In this document: positions 1-9,950 of the stretch, in pieces
Layout of the letters: each line of letters opens with the position of its first letter
Numbering within the stretch: the first letter of the stretch is position 1
Source of the DNA: an uncultured Chloroflexia bacterium
GTDB lineage: Bacteria; Chloroflexota; Limnocylindria; Limnocylindrales; CSP1-4
Assembly: GCA_963752475.1 (NCBI GenBank)
Contig: CAVVYR010000008.1
Location: forward strand, 288,001-352,000
Direction: 5' to 3'
Length of the DNA stretch: 64,000 nt
The notes under the pieces: generated by a model
What the model was told of the DNA's origin: nothing
Database searches by the model: none
The model's input: only the letters and a program-made list of their open reading frames with translations
Position numbers and translations under genes: made by a program

Positions 1-62
1 ACCGCCGCTAGAGCGCCGAAGACCAACAGCACCCCGACGACGAAGATCGCGAGTGGTCTCAA
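1..62 (-). CDS. 5' fragment of an exported/membrane protein, next gene of the TelA-VWA operon (runs off window)
   Basis: GGAG RBS right after the VWA gene stop, TTG start at 62, reads MRPLAIFVVGVLLVFGALAA (signal-peptide-like). Confidence 0.55.
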   Translation of the reverse strand, partial: MRPLAIFVVGVLLVFGALAA

Positions 63-71
63 GTGGTCTCC

Positions 72-1772
72 CTAGACTCCGGCGTTGAAGAGCGACACCA
101 GCTTGAACTCCACGTCGCCCTCGCTGGCGTTGAAGCTGGCGGCCTCGACCAATGAGGCCAGTCGGCCCAACTCATCGAGGTTGGCCTCGAAGCCCACGGT
201 GAAGACCGGGATCCGCGCTCCCGCGATGGCCTCGTCGACCTTGTCGAAGCCGAGGCCCTCGTTGGTCTCGCCGTCGGTCAGCACGACCAGCATGAACTTG
301 CCACTGGGGTCGAGCTGTCGTTGCTCGGCAAGCATCTGCAGTCCCAGCACGATGCCGTCGTACATGGCTGTGCCGCCGACCGGATCCATGTCCTCGATCG
401 CGGCCTGGAAGCTGGCCTGCTGGTTGAGGTCGAAGGGCGCCATGTCGAGGACCTTGCGCGTGGTGTCGTCGAACTCGACCAGGCCGATCGAGGCCTCCGG
501 ATTGATGAACTCCCGCGCTGAGCCCAAAGCCTGCTGCACGGCCGCGACCCGGGATCCGGCCATGGAGCCGCTGGTGTCGGCCACGAAGACGGCGTAGACG
601 GGACGACCCGCGTCCTTCTTCTCCTTCCATAACTGCTGAGCCTCGATGAGCGTCTCGCCCGAGGGCAGGGACACGTCGGAGACATAGTCGGGAGGGTCGA
701 AGCCGAAGTCGCCTGCCGTGCGCCGCAACTCATCACTCTCGAGGTGAGCGGCGAAGAGCTCGAGGACCTCGCGCTCCTCCGGCGGAGCTGCATCGAACGC
801 GTACAGCGGGTTGTCATGCCTGATGCCGAAGGGGATGAACTCGAAGCCCGAGCTCAGCGACTCGGTCTTGTCGTACGTCTGCCACTCCATCACGAAGGCA
901 TCGAGCGTGCCGTTGTCCTTCTCCACGGACTCACGCATCTGCAGCGTGGTGAACGCCACGAACGGCACTTGCTCCTGGAACTCCTCGAAGACGCTCGCGA
1001 CATCGGGCGCAACCAGGCGCGCTTCGTCGCCCGCGGCAAAGTCGTCGAGCACGGTGAGCAGGAAGTTGAGACCGGTCGAGGAGGCGAAGGGGTTGGTGTA
1101 GCCCATCACCAGCTCGCCGGCGATGACCGCCTGGATGAGTGCCTTGGTGTCGAGCGTGCCGTACTTCTCGCGAAGCTGGTCGGCAGTCTCGTCCTTCATG
1201 ACGATGCCAGCCACGTTGGGCACGGTCTGCTCGGTCACCAAGGTCATCGGGCTGTGGGCGTTGGCCATCTGGATCCAGAGATGGTTCGAGGGGCTGAACC
1301 CGGCCGGCAGGTCGTCACCGGCGGCGATGAACTGGTAGCCCGTTCCCGAGGCAATGCGACGGATCGCGACTTGGGCGTCGCGCCCATCGGCAGTCTTGGC
1401 TCCCGAGCGGTTGAACGACTCGGCGGCCTCGACCATCCAGCCATCGGTGCCGGAACCGGATTTCTCGGTGGAGGCGAACACCTCGGCAACGACCTGGTCG
1501 GCCCGCTGGCCCGGATCCACCGAGAGTTCGAACGTGGAGATGTCGGGCAGCGTGTCTGCCAACTCCTTCTCCGGGAGCGAGACGGCTGCCTTGCGCGTCA
1601 CCGGCGCGTCGATCCAGTCGATATCATCGACCAGCTCGCTGATGCGTTGCTCCGCAGTGGCCTGGTCGAGCGGCTCGGACTGACCTCCGAGGTCGCCGCC
1701 GCAAGCCGCCACGATGACGGCCAGGCCAGCGAGCATGGCGATGAGGAGAGGGAGTCGGTGGCGGGTGGTCAT
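72..1772 (-). CDS. Lipoprotein with extracellular solute-binding domain and C-terminal VWA domain
   Basis: Lipobox VAAC; MIDAS motifs DTSGSM and LTDG; GYTNPFASSTG SBP motif; start MTTRHR chosen from GGGAG RBS. Confidence 0.85.
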   Translation of the reverse strand: MTTRHRLPLLIAMLAGLAVIVAACGGDLGGQSEPLDQATAEQRISELVDDIDWIDAPVTRKAAVSLPEKELADTLPDISTFELSVDPGQRADQVVAEVFASTEKSGSGTDGWMVEAAESFNRSGAKTADGRDAQVAIRRIASGTGYQFIAAGDDLPAGFSPSNHLWIQMANAHSPMTLVTEQTVPNVAGIVMKDETADQLREKYGTLDTKALIQAVIAGELVMGYTNPFASSTGLNFLLTVLDDFAAGDEARLVAPDVASVFEEFQEQVPFVAFTTLQMRESVEKDNGTLDAFVMEWQTYDKTESLSSGFEFIPFGIRHDNPLYAFDAAPPEEREVLELFAAHLESDELRRTAGDFGFDPPDYVSDVSLPSGETLIEAQQLWKEKKDAGRPVYAVFVADTSGSMAGSRVAAVQQALGSAREFINPEASIGLVEFDDTTRKVLDMAPFDLNQQASFQAAIEDMDPVGGTAMYDGIVLGLQMLAEQRQLDPSGKFMLVVLTDGETNEGLGFDKVDEAIAGARIPVFTVGFEANLDELGRLASLVEAASFNASEGDVEFKLVSLFNAGV

Positions 1773-1801
1773 GGTTTCGGTCTCCCTGCTGAGTCCGATG
1801 A

Positions 1802-2989
1802 TCAAGCCTCGCTCTTGACGTCGAGCGAGGTTTCGTTGGCGCGTCCGCGCTCGTGCTTCTCGATCGACTTCTCGGCCTCGCTGGTGAGCTGGTCGAGCTC
1901 GACGATCTGGCTGGCCATCTGCGGCAGCGCCTCGTGGCGATAGCGCGAGATCTCATCGAGGGCGATGTCGATGTCCGCAAACGCCGACTTGAGCGACTCC
2001 ATGTCGAGCATCGTGCTCGTGGCCTGCTGGTGGATCTGCGTCCCCTGAGTCTTGAGGCGCGACGCCGTCCCCGCGATGAGGTCGGAAGTCGTGCGATTGA
2101 GCGCTTCGACCTTGTCGAGCACGACCTTCTGGTGGGCCACGGCCATGGCTACTGCGACGGCGACCTGGAGGGCGCTGACGGTCACGTCGATGGCGCGCTC
2201 GACGCCGCGCACGAGCTCACGGTTGTTGCGGATGATGAGCGCGGTGGCCAACACACCCTGCTGGTTCACCGCAAGCTGCTGCTGCAGGTCCATGGTCCGC
2301 TGGCGGAGCGCGAAGACCAGCTCCTCCTCGATGAACTGACGTCGCGGATCGCCCTCGGGGATCTCCTGGTCCAGCCGCTCGTTGACGGCGGCGTCGAGCG
2401 CTCGGGCAAGCGCGATCTGGTCGGATAGCGTGAGCGTCAACTCACGCATGTTCTTCTGATCTTCGTTGAGCGTGACGTTGTCGCGCTTGAGCTGGTCTCG
2501 ACCACTCTCGAGCGAACGGATGACAGCGTCGATGACGCCCTGCGACGACTCGAACTGCATGAAGTAGCGCTGCAGTGGCGTACCGACCCCGGGGATCATG
2601 CCCAGGAGCTTATTGAAGGAGCTGGGCTCGAGCTCGAGTCCGCTGGGGTCGAGCTTCTCGACCTGGATGCGCAGGTCAGTGAGCGACTTGGCGACGGGCC
2701 CGCCCTCCTCACTTTCGCGCGCGAGGTCGCGCAGCGGTGCCTGGAGCAAGCGACTGCGGGTCGCGGAGCGACGCTGCAGATCGCGGCCCATGCCGTCGAC
2801 CGCCTCGAGGCTGGTGACGCGGGCATCCTGGTCCTCGGGATCGAAGGCGACCAGTCTGGTTGCGTACTCAGCCGCCTTGGCGGCCACGGCCTCGTCGACC
2901 GTCGGCTCGACCGCGACGACCTCAGCCTTGGTCTCCTCGACGTTCAGATCGAGTTTCAGGGCGGGGACCTTGTCCGTCTCACTGGTCAT
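1802..2989 (-). CDS. telA: Toxic anion resistance protein, TelA family
   Basis: Coiled-coil protein with RQRTMDLQQQLAVNQQG and IIRNNRELVRGVERA motifs; typical context with VWA lipoprotein. Confidence 0.85.
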   Translation of the reverse strand: MTSETDKVPALKLDLNVEETKAEVVAVEPTVDEAVAAKAAEYATRLVAFDPEDQDARVTSLEAVDGMGRDLQRRSATRSRLLQAPLRDLARESEEGGPVAKSLTDLRIQVEKLDPSGLELEPSSFNKLLGMIPGVGTPLQRYFMQFESSQGVIDAVIRSLESGRDQLKRDNVTLNEDQKNMRELTLTLSDQIALARALDAAVNERLDQEIPEGDPRRQFIEEELVFALRQRTMDLQQQLAVNQQGVLATALIIRNNRELVRGVERAIDVTVSALQVAVAVAMAVAHQKVVLDKVEALNRTTSDLIAGTASRLKTQGTQIHQQATSTMLDMESLKSAFADIDIALDEISRYRHEALPQMASQIVELDQLTSEAEKSIEKHERGRANETSLDVKSEA

Positions 2990-3025
2990 CGGTTCACTCC
3001 TTGGCGGGATTGGCTTGGTACCCGG

Positions 3026-3778
3026 TCAGGCGCTGGCGTACTTGCCGGCACGGTCGGCCAGCTCCTCGAGAGCCTCCATTGCCGCCTCCGCATCTTGCGG
3101 TGCGAGGCCGATGGGCGCGTCGGCGAGCGCGGTGGAGGTTCGGTCAAGCAGCGTCATCGCCGACTCGTTCTGGGCCAGCAGATAGGTCGTCTTGGCCTGC
3201 TGCGTGATAGCGAGGGCGCGTCGATCCTCGAGTGACCGGATCTCGGGCGCTGCCGAAGCGGCGCCTTGCTCCTTCAGTTGTTCGAGGCGGTTGTCGATGT
3301 AGTCCGGGTCGATGGTGCTAATGCTACCCATGGCGACCACGACCTCACGAAGGTTGCTGATCACCGCGAGATAGACCTGCTGGGCTGTCGAGAGGTACCG
3401 GGCGTAGGTCAGCTCCCCGGCCTCGAGACGTCGGTCGAGCATGGTCACGAGGTTGTCGCGCTTCTCACCGATGGCCTGCAGTTGGTAGGCGGGGCGCTCG
3501 TCCCCCAGCCGGTCCAGATCGCGTTTGAGCGCCCCCAACTCTGCCTCGCTGACGTAGGGCAGCTCAGGCGTCTCGAACTGCAGCTTGCGCAGCGTTCCGG
3601 TGGCGGACAGCGTCAGTGGCCACATGACGATGGCGATGATGCCGACGGCGACAACAACGATGGCCAGCAGCGTCGGCGGCTCGAGGACGACGAGGATGCT
3701 CACCACGGCCAGCGCGACCGCAGCCACCGCGATCCATGACGGCGGATAACTCACCACCGCCTTCCACCAAGTCTTCAT
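3026..3778 (-). CDS. Two-TM membrane protein, first gene of the TelA operon (XpaC-like position)
   Basis: Two N-terminal hydrophobic helices then a helical domain (GELTYARY); co-oriented upstream of telA. Confidence 0.7.
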   Translation of the reverse strand: MKTWWKAVVSYPPSWIAVAAVALAVVSILVVLEPPTLLAIVVVAVGIIAIVMWPLTLSATGTLRKLQFETPELPYVSEAELGALKRDLDRLGDERPAYQLQAIGEKRDNLVTMLDRRLEAGELTYARYLSTAQQVYLAVISNLREVVVAMGSISTIDPDYIDNRLEQLKEQGAASAAPEIRSLEDRRALAITQQAKTTYLLAQNESAMTLLDRTSTALADAPIGLAPQDAEAAMEALEELADRAGKYASA

Positions 3779-4004
3779 GGCATCATTCTCCTACGACCAC
3801 AGGATGGTGCCAGAGTGGAAATGAGGGTGCCTCTATGAGTCCACGCAAGGCAAGAGCCATCGGGACCGGTGCCATCCGGTCATGCTTCTGGACACTCCTT
3901 CGCCTGCCGCAGACAGGCAGGTCACCCGAGTCGTGTGGACCCCAGCGGCTCAGCCGTTCTTCTCGGCGGGCGAGGTCGTCCCTGATGACTCAGGCGCGTT
4001 GTTG

Positions 4005-4081
4005 TGGCGCCCCCAAGGGGATTCGAACCCCTGATCTCCACCTTGAAAGGGTGGCGTCCTAGGCCTCTAGACGATGGGGGC
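4005..4081 (-). tRNA. tRNA-Glu(TTC)
   Basis: Acceptor stem GCCCCCA/TGGGGGC, anticodon arm CCACC-CTTTCAA-GGTGG, GGTTCGAATCC T-loop, encoded CCA. Confidence 0.97.
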
Positions 4082-4122
4082 CAGCGACCGAAGGAGTGTA
4101 CCCGACCCGCGGAGAGTGTCCG

Positions 4123-4419
4123 TCAAGCGCGGATGAAGGTGAAGATCGAGGCCGCTGCGAGGCACCCGGCAGCCGCCAGCGCGAAGAGCCCGCCCATGGC
4201 TGCACCGAGCAGCGAACCGGCCGCTCGACCCCAACGTGCGTCGTTCAGCGCACGTGAGAGGAACCAGGCCGAGGTGAAGGCGAAGGTGAGCCCGAGCACG
4301 GCAAGGCCAGCCACGGTGAAAGCGATGTTCTGGCCTGAGCGGTCGAGGATGAGCCCGTACAGGACGACGAGTCCCGCCAGCACCATGACGACCACGACCG
4401 CGATGCGTACGAGCGCCAC
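4123..4419 (-). CDS. Small three-TM hypothetical membrane protein
   Basis: 98 aa, three hydrophobic segments, directly downstream of the GH13 gene. Confidence 0.65.
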   Translation of the reverse strand: MALVRIAVVVVMVLAGLVVLYGLILDRSGQNIAFTVAGLAVLGLTFAFTSAWFLSRALNDARWGRAAGSLLGAAMGGLFALAAAGCLAAASIFTFIRA

Positions 4420-4461
4420 GGCCCGAGTATAGGTACGACCGCCGAAGCCGGTTTCCAGGGG

Positions 4462-6000
4462 CTAGGACAATCGAACGACCATCCCGGCGCGACCGGGCAG
4501 ACCGATGCGCAGTATCTCGCCATCGATCGCGGCTGAGCCCTCCCCTGCCGCGCTGCCGCGAAGGGGCACGATCGACGCTTCGGTGGCACGCATCGGCAGC
4601 GGCACCTCCCAAGCAAGGCTGTCGTCGCCGGCATTGGCCACCACGGCGAAGGCGTCGTCGCCATTCCGCCGCAGGTAGGCGACGGCGGGCCCCTTCGTGC
4701 CCAGCAATGCCAGGTCGGCATCGCGGAACGCCCGGCTCGAGTGGCGTAGCGCTGCCAGGTCCGCGACCCAGGCGGAAGGCTCGCCAGCCCACTCGGCAGG
4801 GTCAACCGGGAACGCCCGCCGACAGTCTGGGTCGGCCGAGCCGGCCATGCCGATCTCGTCGCCGTAGTAGATACAGGGCGCACCAGGCAGGGTCATCTGC
4901 AGCAGCGTCGCCAGCCTCAGGGCGTCCAGGTCATCGCCACAGAACGTCAGGAAGCGTGGCGTGTCGTGACTGCTGAGCAGGTTCAACTGCACGGCCGTCA
5001 CTTCCGGGGGATTCGTCTCTTCCAGGTCCTTGATCTCCGCCCACAGCCCAGCGCCGTCGTAGGCGCGGATCTTGCCCTCGTACTCGAACGGCAGCGGCAC
5101 GGCGGGGTCCAGCCGATGCTGGGCCGCGAACCCGAGCATGGCCCGGCTCAGCGGGTAGTTCATGAAGGCATCGAACATGTCGCCCTGCAGCCACTCGGGC
5201 TTGTGGTGCCAGATCTCGGCCACGATGTAGGCCTCTGGGTTCGCAGCCCGAACGCGCGGCCGGAACTCACGCCAGAAGTCGGCTTCGATCTCCTCGGGCA
5301 CATCCAACCGCCAGCCGTCGATGCCGAAGCGGATCCAGAACTCCGATGCATCGAGGATGTGCTCCCGCGCGGCCCGGTGTTCCAGCCGGATCTTGGGCAA
5401 TGCCGGCAGATCCCACCAGGCCTCGTAGCCCAGGACCTCACTCGAGACCGAGCCAAGTGACGCTCCGGCCGCGTGTCGCTGCGCGATCTCCGCCATCTGC
5501 TGTTCACTGGGGAACGCCGAGAGCCCCCGTTTCCCGGCACGAACGTCGTCCGAGAAGTAGAACCAGTCGCGATACGGAGACTGCATCCCGTTCTCGAGCA
5601 CGTGGTGGAACGGCCACCACCCCCGCCCACAGTGGTTGAAGACGCCATCGAGCACGACCCGCATGTCACGAGCGTGGGCCTCATCGAGCAGCTCGCGCAG
5701 GGCCTTGTTCCCGCCGAGCAACGGATCCACCGTGTAGTAGTCGTCGGTGTGATAGCGGTGATTCGAAGCGGAGGCGAACACCGGATTGAGGTAGAGCGCC
5801 GTCACACCCAGCCGCTTGAGCCGATCGAGGTGGGCCACGACGCCGTAGAGGTCGCCGCCCTTGAAGCCCTGCGTGGTGGGCGCTGCTTCCCACGGCTCCA
5901 GCTCGCCGGGCGCATCCACGCGTCCACTACGAGCCAATCGGTCGGGGAAGACCTGGTAGAAGACGGCGTCTCGGACCCAGGCCGGAGTGTCGATGGTCAT
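4462..6000 (-). CDS. GH13 alpha-amylase family (neopullulanase/cyclomaltodextrinase-like)
   Basis: YQVFPDR, GGDLYG, DGVFNH and catalytic GWRLDV / AEIWH / SSHD motifs, YYGDEIG. Confidence 0.93.
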   Translation of the reverse strand: MTIDTPAWVRDAVFYQVFPDRLARSGRVDAPGELEPWEAAPTTQGFKGGDLYGVVAHLDRLKRLGVTALYLNPVFASASNHRYHTDDYYTVDPLLGGNKALRELLDEAHARDMRVVLDGVFNHCGRGWWPFHHVLENGMQSPYRDWFYFSDDVRAGKRGLSAFPSEQQMAEIAQRHAAGASLGSVSSEVLGYEAWWDLPALPKIRLEHRAAREHILDASEFWIRFGIDGWRLDVPEEIEADFWREFRPRVRAANPEAYIVAEIWHHKPEWLQGDMFDAFMNYPLSRAMLGFAAQHRLDPAVPLPFEYEGKIRAYDGAGLWAEIKDLEETNPPEVTAVQLNLLSSHDTPRFLTFCGDDLDALRLATLLQMTLPGAPCIYYGDEIGMAGSADPDCRRAFPVDPAEWAGEPSAWVADLAALRHSSRAFRDADLALLGTKGPAVAYLRRNGDDAFAVVANAGDDSLAWEVPLPMRATEASIVPLRGSAAGEGSAAIDGEILRIGLPGRAGMVVRLS

Positions 6001-6053
6001 GGCGCGCAGGGTATCGCCTTCGGCCGATCCGGCGTGCATGGGACAATCAGGCG

Positions 6054-6428
6054 ATGTGGGACGTGATCAAGGCCATGCCGCCGGGCGTGCTGCTGTTCAT
6101 GGGCTACTCGTTGCTCGTGCTATCGGTCCTCGGGCTCGGCATGCCTATCGTCATCGACCAGGCCATCGCGGCGCCGGTCTCCTTCGTCGGGATCGTCTGG
6201 ATGGCCCTGCTGGCCTATCTCATCTTCACCGCCACGCTGGTGCTCCAGAAGAAGCAGGCAGCCTTCGGCCTGGCCATGGGGCTGACGTCGTTGCTGCTCC
6301 CCCTCGCGGTCATCATGCTGTTCGCGCCAGGTGGCTTCGTGGTTTCGATCGCGGCGGTCGTGCTCTTCGTAATCGTCGTCATCGGGCTCCGCCGTCCGCG
6401 CAGCCGGGAGTGGTTCTCGGAGCCCTAG
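6054..6428 (+). CDS. Hypothetical four-TM membrane protein
   Basis: 124 aa, almost entirely hydrophobic, high GC3. Confidence 0.7.
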   Translation: MWDVIKAMPPGVLLFMGYSLLVLSVLGLGMPIVIDQAIAAPVSFVGIVWMALLAYLIFTATLVLQKKQAAFGLAMGLTSLLLPLAVIMLFAPGGFVVSIAAVVLFVIVVIGLRRPRSREWFSEP

Positions 6429-6441
6429 ACCGTGAGCATCG

Positions 6442-7407
6442 CTAACGAGTCGAGGTGTGTGCCAATCCGTCGACCTCATCCCACAGGCGTCGACGCTGTT
6501 GCGCACTGAGCCGTGTGGCCCGGAACCGGTCGAAGGGGCGGGCCCGACGATCGAGGTAGAGCCGCCCGAACGGCCGGTCGACGTCTTGGTCGGTCGCCAG
6601 CCAGGCGATGGTGTCGGCACCCTCGGCCGGGCTCCGCAGCCATGGCTTCATGAACTCGTAGAAACTGGGCAAGGACTCGGCAAGTCCCGGCGTGTCAGCC
6701 CAACCGGGGTGCATGGCATCGAAGCGGACGTGACCCTGGTATCGCCGCGACCACTCGCGCATCAGGGCCGTGGCGGCACGCTTCGCACGCGCGTACGCAC
6801 GAGTACCGTCGTAGGGTCCGCGCTCGAACTGCAGGTCGTCGGGTGGGAGCGGCTGGAAGTACATCCCACCCGACACGACCGTGATGACCCGGCCGTCGCC
6901 ACTCTCCTCAAGCAGCGGCAGGAGTCCCTCGATGAGCGCGAACGGCCCCACCACCATCGTCGCGAAGGTGGTCTCCAAGCCTTCTTCGGTGACTTGGCGC
7001 TCTTCGTTGATGGCTCCCGCGTTGTCGATGAGGACATCAAGGCGGTCCTCGGTTGCCAGCACGTGCGCGATGGCGGCTCGCACGCTTTCGAGTGAAGACA
7101 TGTCTGCCTGCACGATCGGGAAGCGGTCCTCGCCATGCTCGCGCACCAACTCGTCGCGTAGTGCAGCCAGCCTCTCGACACTCCGCCCTGCGAGCACGAC
7201 GCGCGCACCCAGCTCGGCCATCAGATCGGTCGTCGCCCGCCCCAGCCCCGAGGTCGGTCCGGTGATGAGGACCGTTCGACCGACGAGGGCGCCAGGGGGA
7301 GGGTCGTCCCAGCCATAGAGCCTTCGTCGGACGACGTAGCCGAAGGTACTGAAGCTGCCGGCGATGGTCAGCTCGAGCAACCCGTCGATCAGGTCACGCG
7401 CGCGCAT
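6442..7407 (-). CDS. SDR oxidoreductase (DHRS12-like)
   Basis: TGPTSGLG, DNAG, VSGGMY, YARAK, MHPGWADTPG. Confidence 0.9.
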   Translation of the reverse strand: MRARDLIDGLLELTIAGSFSTFGYVVRRRLYGWDDPPPGALVGRTVLITGPTSGLGRATTDLMAELGARVVLAGRSVERLAALRDELVREHGEDRFPIVQADMSSLESVRAAIAHVLATEDRLDVLIDNAGAINEERQVTEEGLETTFATMVVGPFALIEGLLPLLEESGDGRVITVVSGGMYFQPLPPDDLQFERGPYDGTRAYARAKRAATALMREWSRRYQGHVRFDAMHPGWADTPGLAESLPSFYEFMKPWLRSPAEGADTIAWLATDQDVDRPFGRLYLDRRARPFDRFRATRLSAQQRRRLWDEVDGLAHTSTR

Positions 7408-7831
7408 CGAGCTCTCGCTGCATGCCCTCGACCACGCCCGTGCCGATGTTGTCGAAGTAGCGGCCCAGCAACGGCTCGATCAGCCCGAGCAAGCCGTTGA
7501 GCTTGAGCTCGGCCTCGTAGTCCACCCGGGTGCCAGCCTCGGTCTCGGTGAACGTGATGATGTCCTCCGTCCAGACGTATCGGCTCTCGCCCACCAGCAC
7601 CAGTCGCTCGGGCGCGACCAGTTCGGTGATGCGGTACTCCATGGAGAGGGGCGAGCGGAAGCCCTTGACCTCGAGGGCATAGCGAGCTCCGACCTCGGCG
7701 TCGCCCTCGCCGATCCGACTCGCAGAGACGGTGTTAGGGTCCCACTCAGCCTGACGACTCCAGTCGCTGATGTACGTGAACGCCGACTCGCGGTCGACGG
7801 GCGAGACCACCGTCTCGTGCAGCTTGGTCAT
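7394..7831 (-). CDS. SRPBCC (polyketide cyclase/START-like) protein
   Basis: AFTYISDW..AEWDP, GARY, GTRVDYEAEL pattern; GGAG RBS before MTKLHE. Confidence 0.85.
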   Translation of the reverse strand: MTKLHETVVSPVDRESAFTYISDWSRQAEWDPNTVSASRIGEGDAEVGARYALEVKGFRSPLSMEYRITELVAPERLVLVGESRYVWTEDIITFTETEAGTRVDYEAELKLNGLLGLIEPLLGRYFDNIGTGVVEGMQRELDARA

Positions 7832-7859
7832 CTGAGTCTCCTGTGGGGGTTGCGCGGGT

Positions 7860-7887
7860 TGTACAAACATTGTACCATCCCTGTACA
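7860..7887. promoter_or_regulatory. Putative CarH/LitR operator in divergent promoter
   Basis: TGTACA (7860), TGTACC (7871), TGTACA (7882): exact 11-bp period typical of CarH operators. Confidence 0.75.
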
Positions 7888-7914
7888 TTCAGCGCTATTC
7901 GAGGGGAACAAACC

Positions 7915-9195
7915 ATGGACGTCGCCATCATCGGCTCAGGGGTCAGCGGACTCTCGGCCGCGTGGGCGCTGCGCCAGGATCATCGCATCCGCATCTTCGA
8001 GCGAGATCTCCGTCCAGGTGGCCACGTGAAGACCATCACTGTGCCGACGGCAGCCGGCCCTGTGAACGTCGATACGGGTTTCATCGTCTACAACGAGCCC
8101 ACATATCCCTACCTTACCGGGCTCTTCGAGGAGCTCGGTATCGAAACCCAGCCGACCGAGATGTCTCTCGGACACTCCTGTACGTCCTGCGGTCTGGAGT
8201 TCGGCTCTCGGAAGCCCACCAGCATGTTCGCGCAGCCCAGCTCGATCGCCCGCGCCTCGCATTGGCGGATGATCGACGATATCCGGCGCTTCTACCGCAC
8301 GGCGCGCCAGCGGCTCGACGAAGACGCCTGGACACGCGAGACGCTGGCCGAATTCCTCGATGAAGGTGGCTACAGGAATGCTTTCCGCCACCACTTCCTG
8401 GTGCCGGTGGTGTCGGCGGTGTGGTCGACGTCAGCAGCGGAGATCATGGACTTCCCTATCGACTACCTTCTCCGCTTCCTCGACAACCACGGGCTCATCG
8501 GCTTCGGCAACGGCAAGCCGTGGCGCACGGTGGTGGGCGGCTCGATGACGTACGTCGACCGCATCATCGAGCAGCTACCTGATGACGCGCTCGTGGCTGG
8601 CGACCCGGTGGTGGACGTCCGGCGCGACGAGAGCGGCGTGACAGTGGACAACCTGTCCGGTCGCAGTGAACACTTCGATGCGGTGGTCATGGCCACGCAC
8701 GCTGACGTGTCGCTCTCCTTGCTGAACGATGCCGACGCGGCCGAGCGTCAGGCGCTGGGCCTGTTCGAGTACACCACGAATGAGGTCGTCCTCCACACCG
8801 ACGAATCGCTCTTGCCGCGACACCGCCGTGCGCGCGGCTCGTGGAACGTCGAGACCGACGACTGTCGCCAGCCCGGGAAGCAGCTGGTCATGAGCTACTG
8901 GATGAACAACCTCCAGCGGCTTGACACGCCTGCGCAGTACCTGACGTCGGTCAACCCCGGCGATCGCGTCCCCGATGACGAGGTCATCGTCTCGCGCCCG
9001 ATGTCGCATCCCAAGTACACCTTCGACACGCTCGACGGTCAGGCTGCGATCGGCGCGCTGCAGGGCCATCGCATGACGTTCTACGCCGGAGCCCACCTGG
9101 GCTACGGCTTCCACGAGGACGGCTGTCGGTCCGGCTTCCAGGCCGCCGAGATGATCGCCAAATCGGGCGTGCAGCCGATCCCGGTGGCAGCATGA
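7915..9195 (+). CDS. FAD-dependent oxidoreductase (COG2907; UfaD/RSP1091-like)
   Basis: IIGSGVSGL, DTGFIVYN..TYP, RFLDNHGL, GAHLGYGFHEDG. Confidence 0.9.
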   Translation: MDVAIIGSGVSGLSAAWALRQDHRIRIFERDLRPGGHVKTITVPTAAGPVNVDTGFIVYNEPTYPYLTGLFEELGIETQPTEMSLGHSCTSCGLEFGSRKPTSMFAQPSSIARASHWRMIDDIRRFYRTARQRLDEDAWTRETLAEFLDEGGYRNAFRHHFLVPVVSAVWSTSAAEIMDFPIDYLLRFLDNHGLIGFGNGKPWRTVVGGSMTYVDRIIEQLPDDALVAGDPVVDVRRDESGVTVDNLSGRSEHFDAVVMATHADVSLSLLNDADAAERQALGLFEYTTNEVVLHTDESLLPRHRRARGSWNVETDDCRQPGKQLVMSYWMNNLQRLDTPAQYLTSVNPGDRVPDDEVIVSRPMSHPKYTFDTLDGQAAIGALQGHRMTFYAGAHLGYGFHEDGCRSGFQAAEMIAKSGVQPIPVAA

Positions 9196-9950
9196 CAGCC
9201 GCCCCCGGCGGGCGCTCGCACTTGCTCGAGGGCAAGGTGCGCCACCGCCGCACCCAGCCGAAGCCCTACGAGCTGGAGCACGATGTCTTCTACCTCGCGC
9301 TCGATCTTGACGAGATCGACGAGGTCGACGCCCGACTGCGTCTCTTCAGTCGCGGCCGACGCAACGTGCTCTCGCTCCGTGACCGCGACCACTGGCTGCC
9401 AGGGGCAACCGACCTGCGGGCCGCGGTCCACGGCCACCTCCAGGAGGAGGGCTTCGACACCAACGGCTGGCGCATCACCTTCATCGCCACTCCCCGCGTG
9501 CTCGGCTACCAGTTCAACCCGGCCAGCTTCTACCTCTGCCGCGACCGTGAGGGCTTGATGCAAGTCGTCATCGTCGAGGTCCACAACACACACGATGAGC
9601 GCCGGCTGTATACGCTGCGGCCCGAGCGCCGCGGCAAGGCCTGGGTCGACGACATGGACAAGGACTTCTACGTCTCCCCATTCATCGACATGGACGCGCA
9701 CTACACCGTCCGCGTGCAGGACGATCCCGGTCGCGTGCGCATCGCCATCACCGAGACCGAGCGCGGTGAACCCCTGCTCACGGCGACACTCGTGGCCGAA
9801 CGACATCACCTCACCGACCGCAACCTGCTGCGCACGCTCCTGCGCGTCCCGCTGGCCACACAGAAGACGATCGCAGCCATCCACCTGCACGCGTTCCGGA
9901 TGTGGCGGCGCGGCTTCACCTTCCGCAAGCACTCCGAGGTGAGCCGATGA
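9192..9950 (+). CDS. DUF1365 family protein (UfaO/RSP1090-like)
   Basis: GKVRHRR, PRVLGYQFNPASFY, EVHNT, KDFYVSPF; ATGA overlap with upstream gene. Confidence 0.92.
   Translation: MTAAPGGRSHLLEGKVRHRRTQPKPYELEHDVFYLALDLDEIDEVDARLRLFSRGRRNVLSLRDRDHWLPGATDLRAAVHGHLQEEGFDTNGWRITFIATPRVLGYQFNPASFYLCRDREGLMQVVIVEVHNTHDERRLYTLRPERRGKAWVDDMDKDFYVSPFIDMDAHYTVRVQDDPGRVRIAITETERGEPLLTATLVAERHHLTDRNLLRTLLRVPLATQKTIAAIHLHAFRMWRRGFTFRKHSEVSR

Noticed and set aside
3780-4081. Genomic island integrated at tRNA-Glu
   Set aside because: No integrase and no duplicated tRNA 3' end visible in the window
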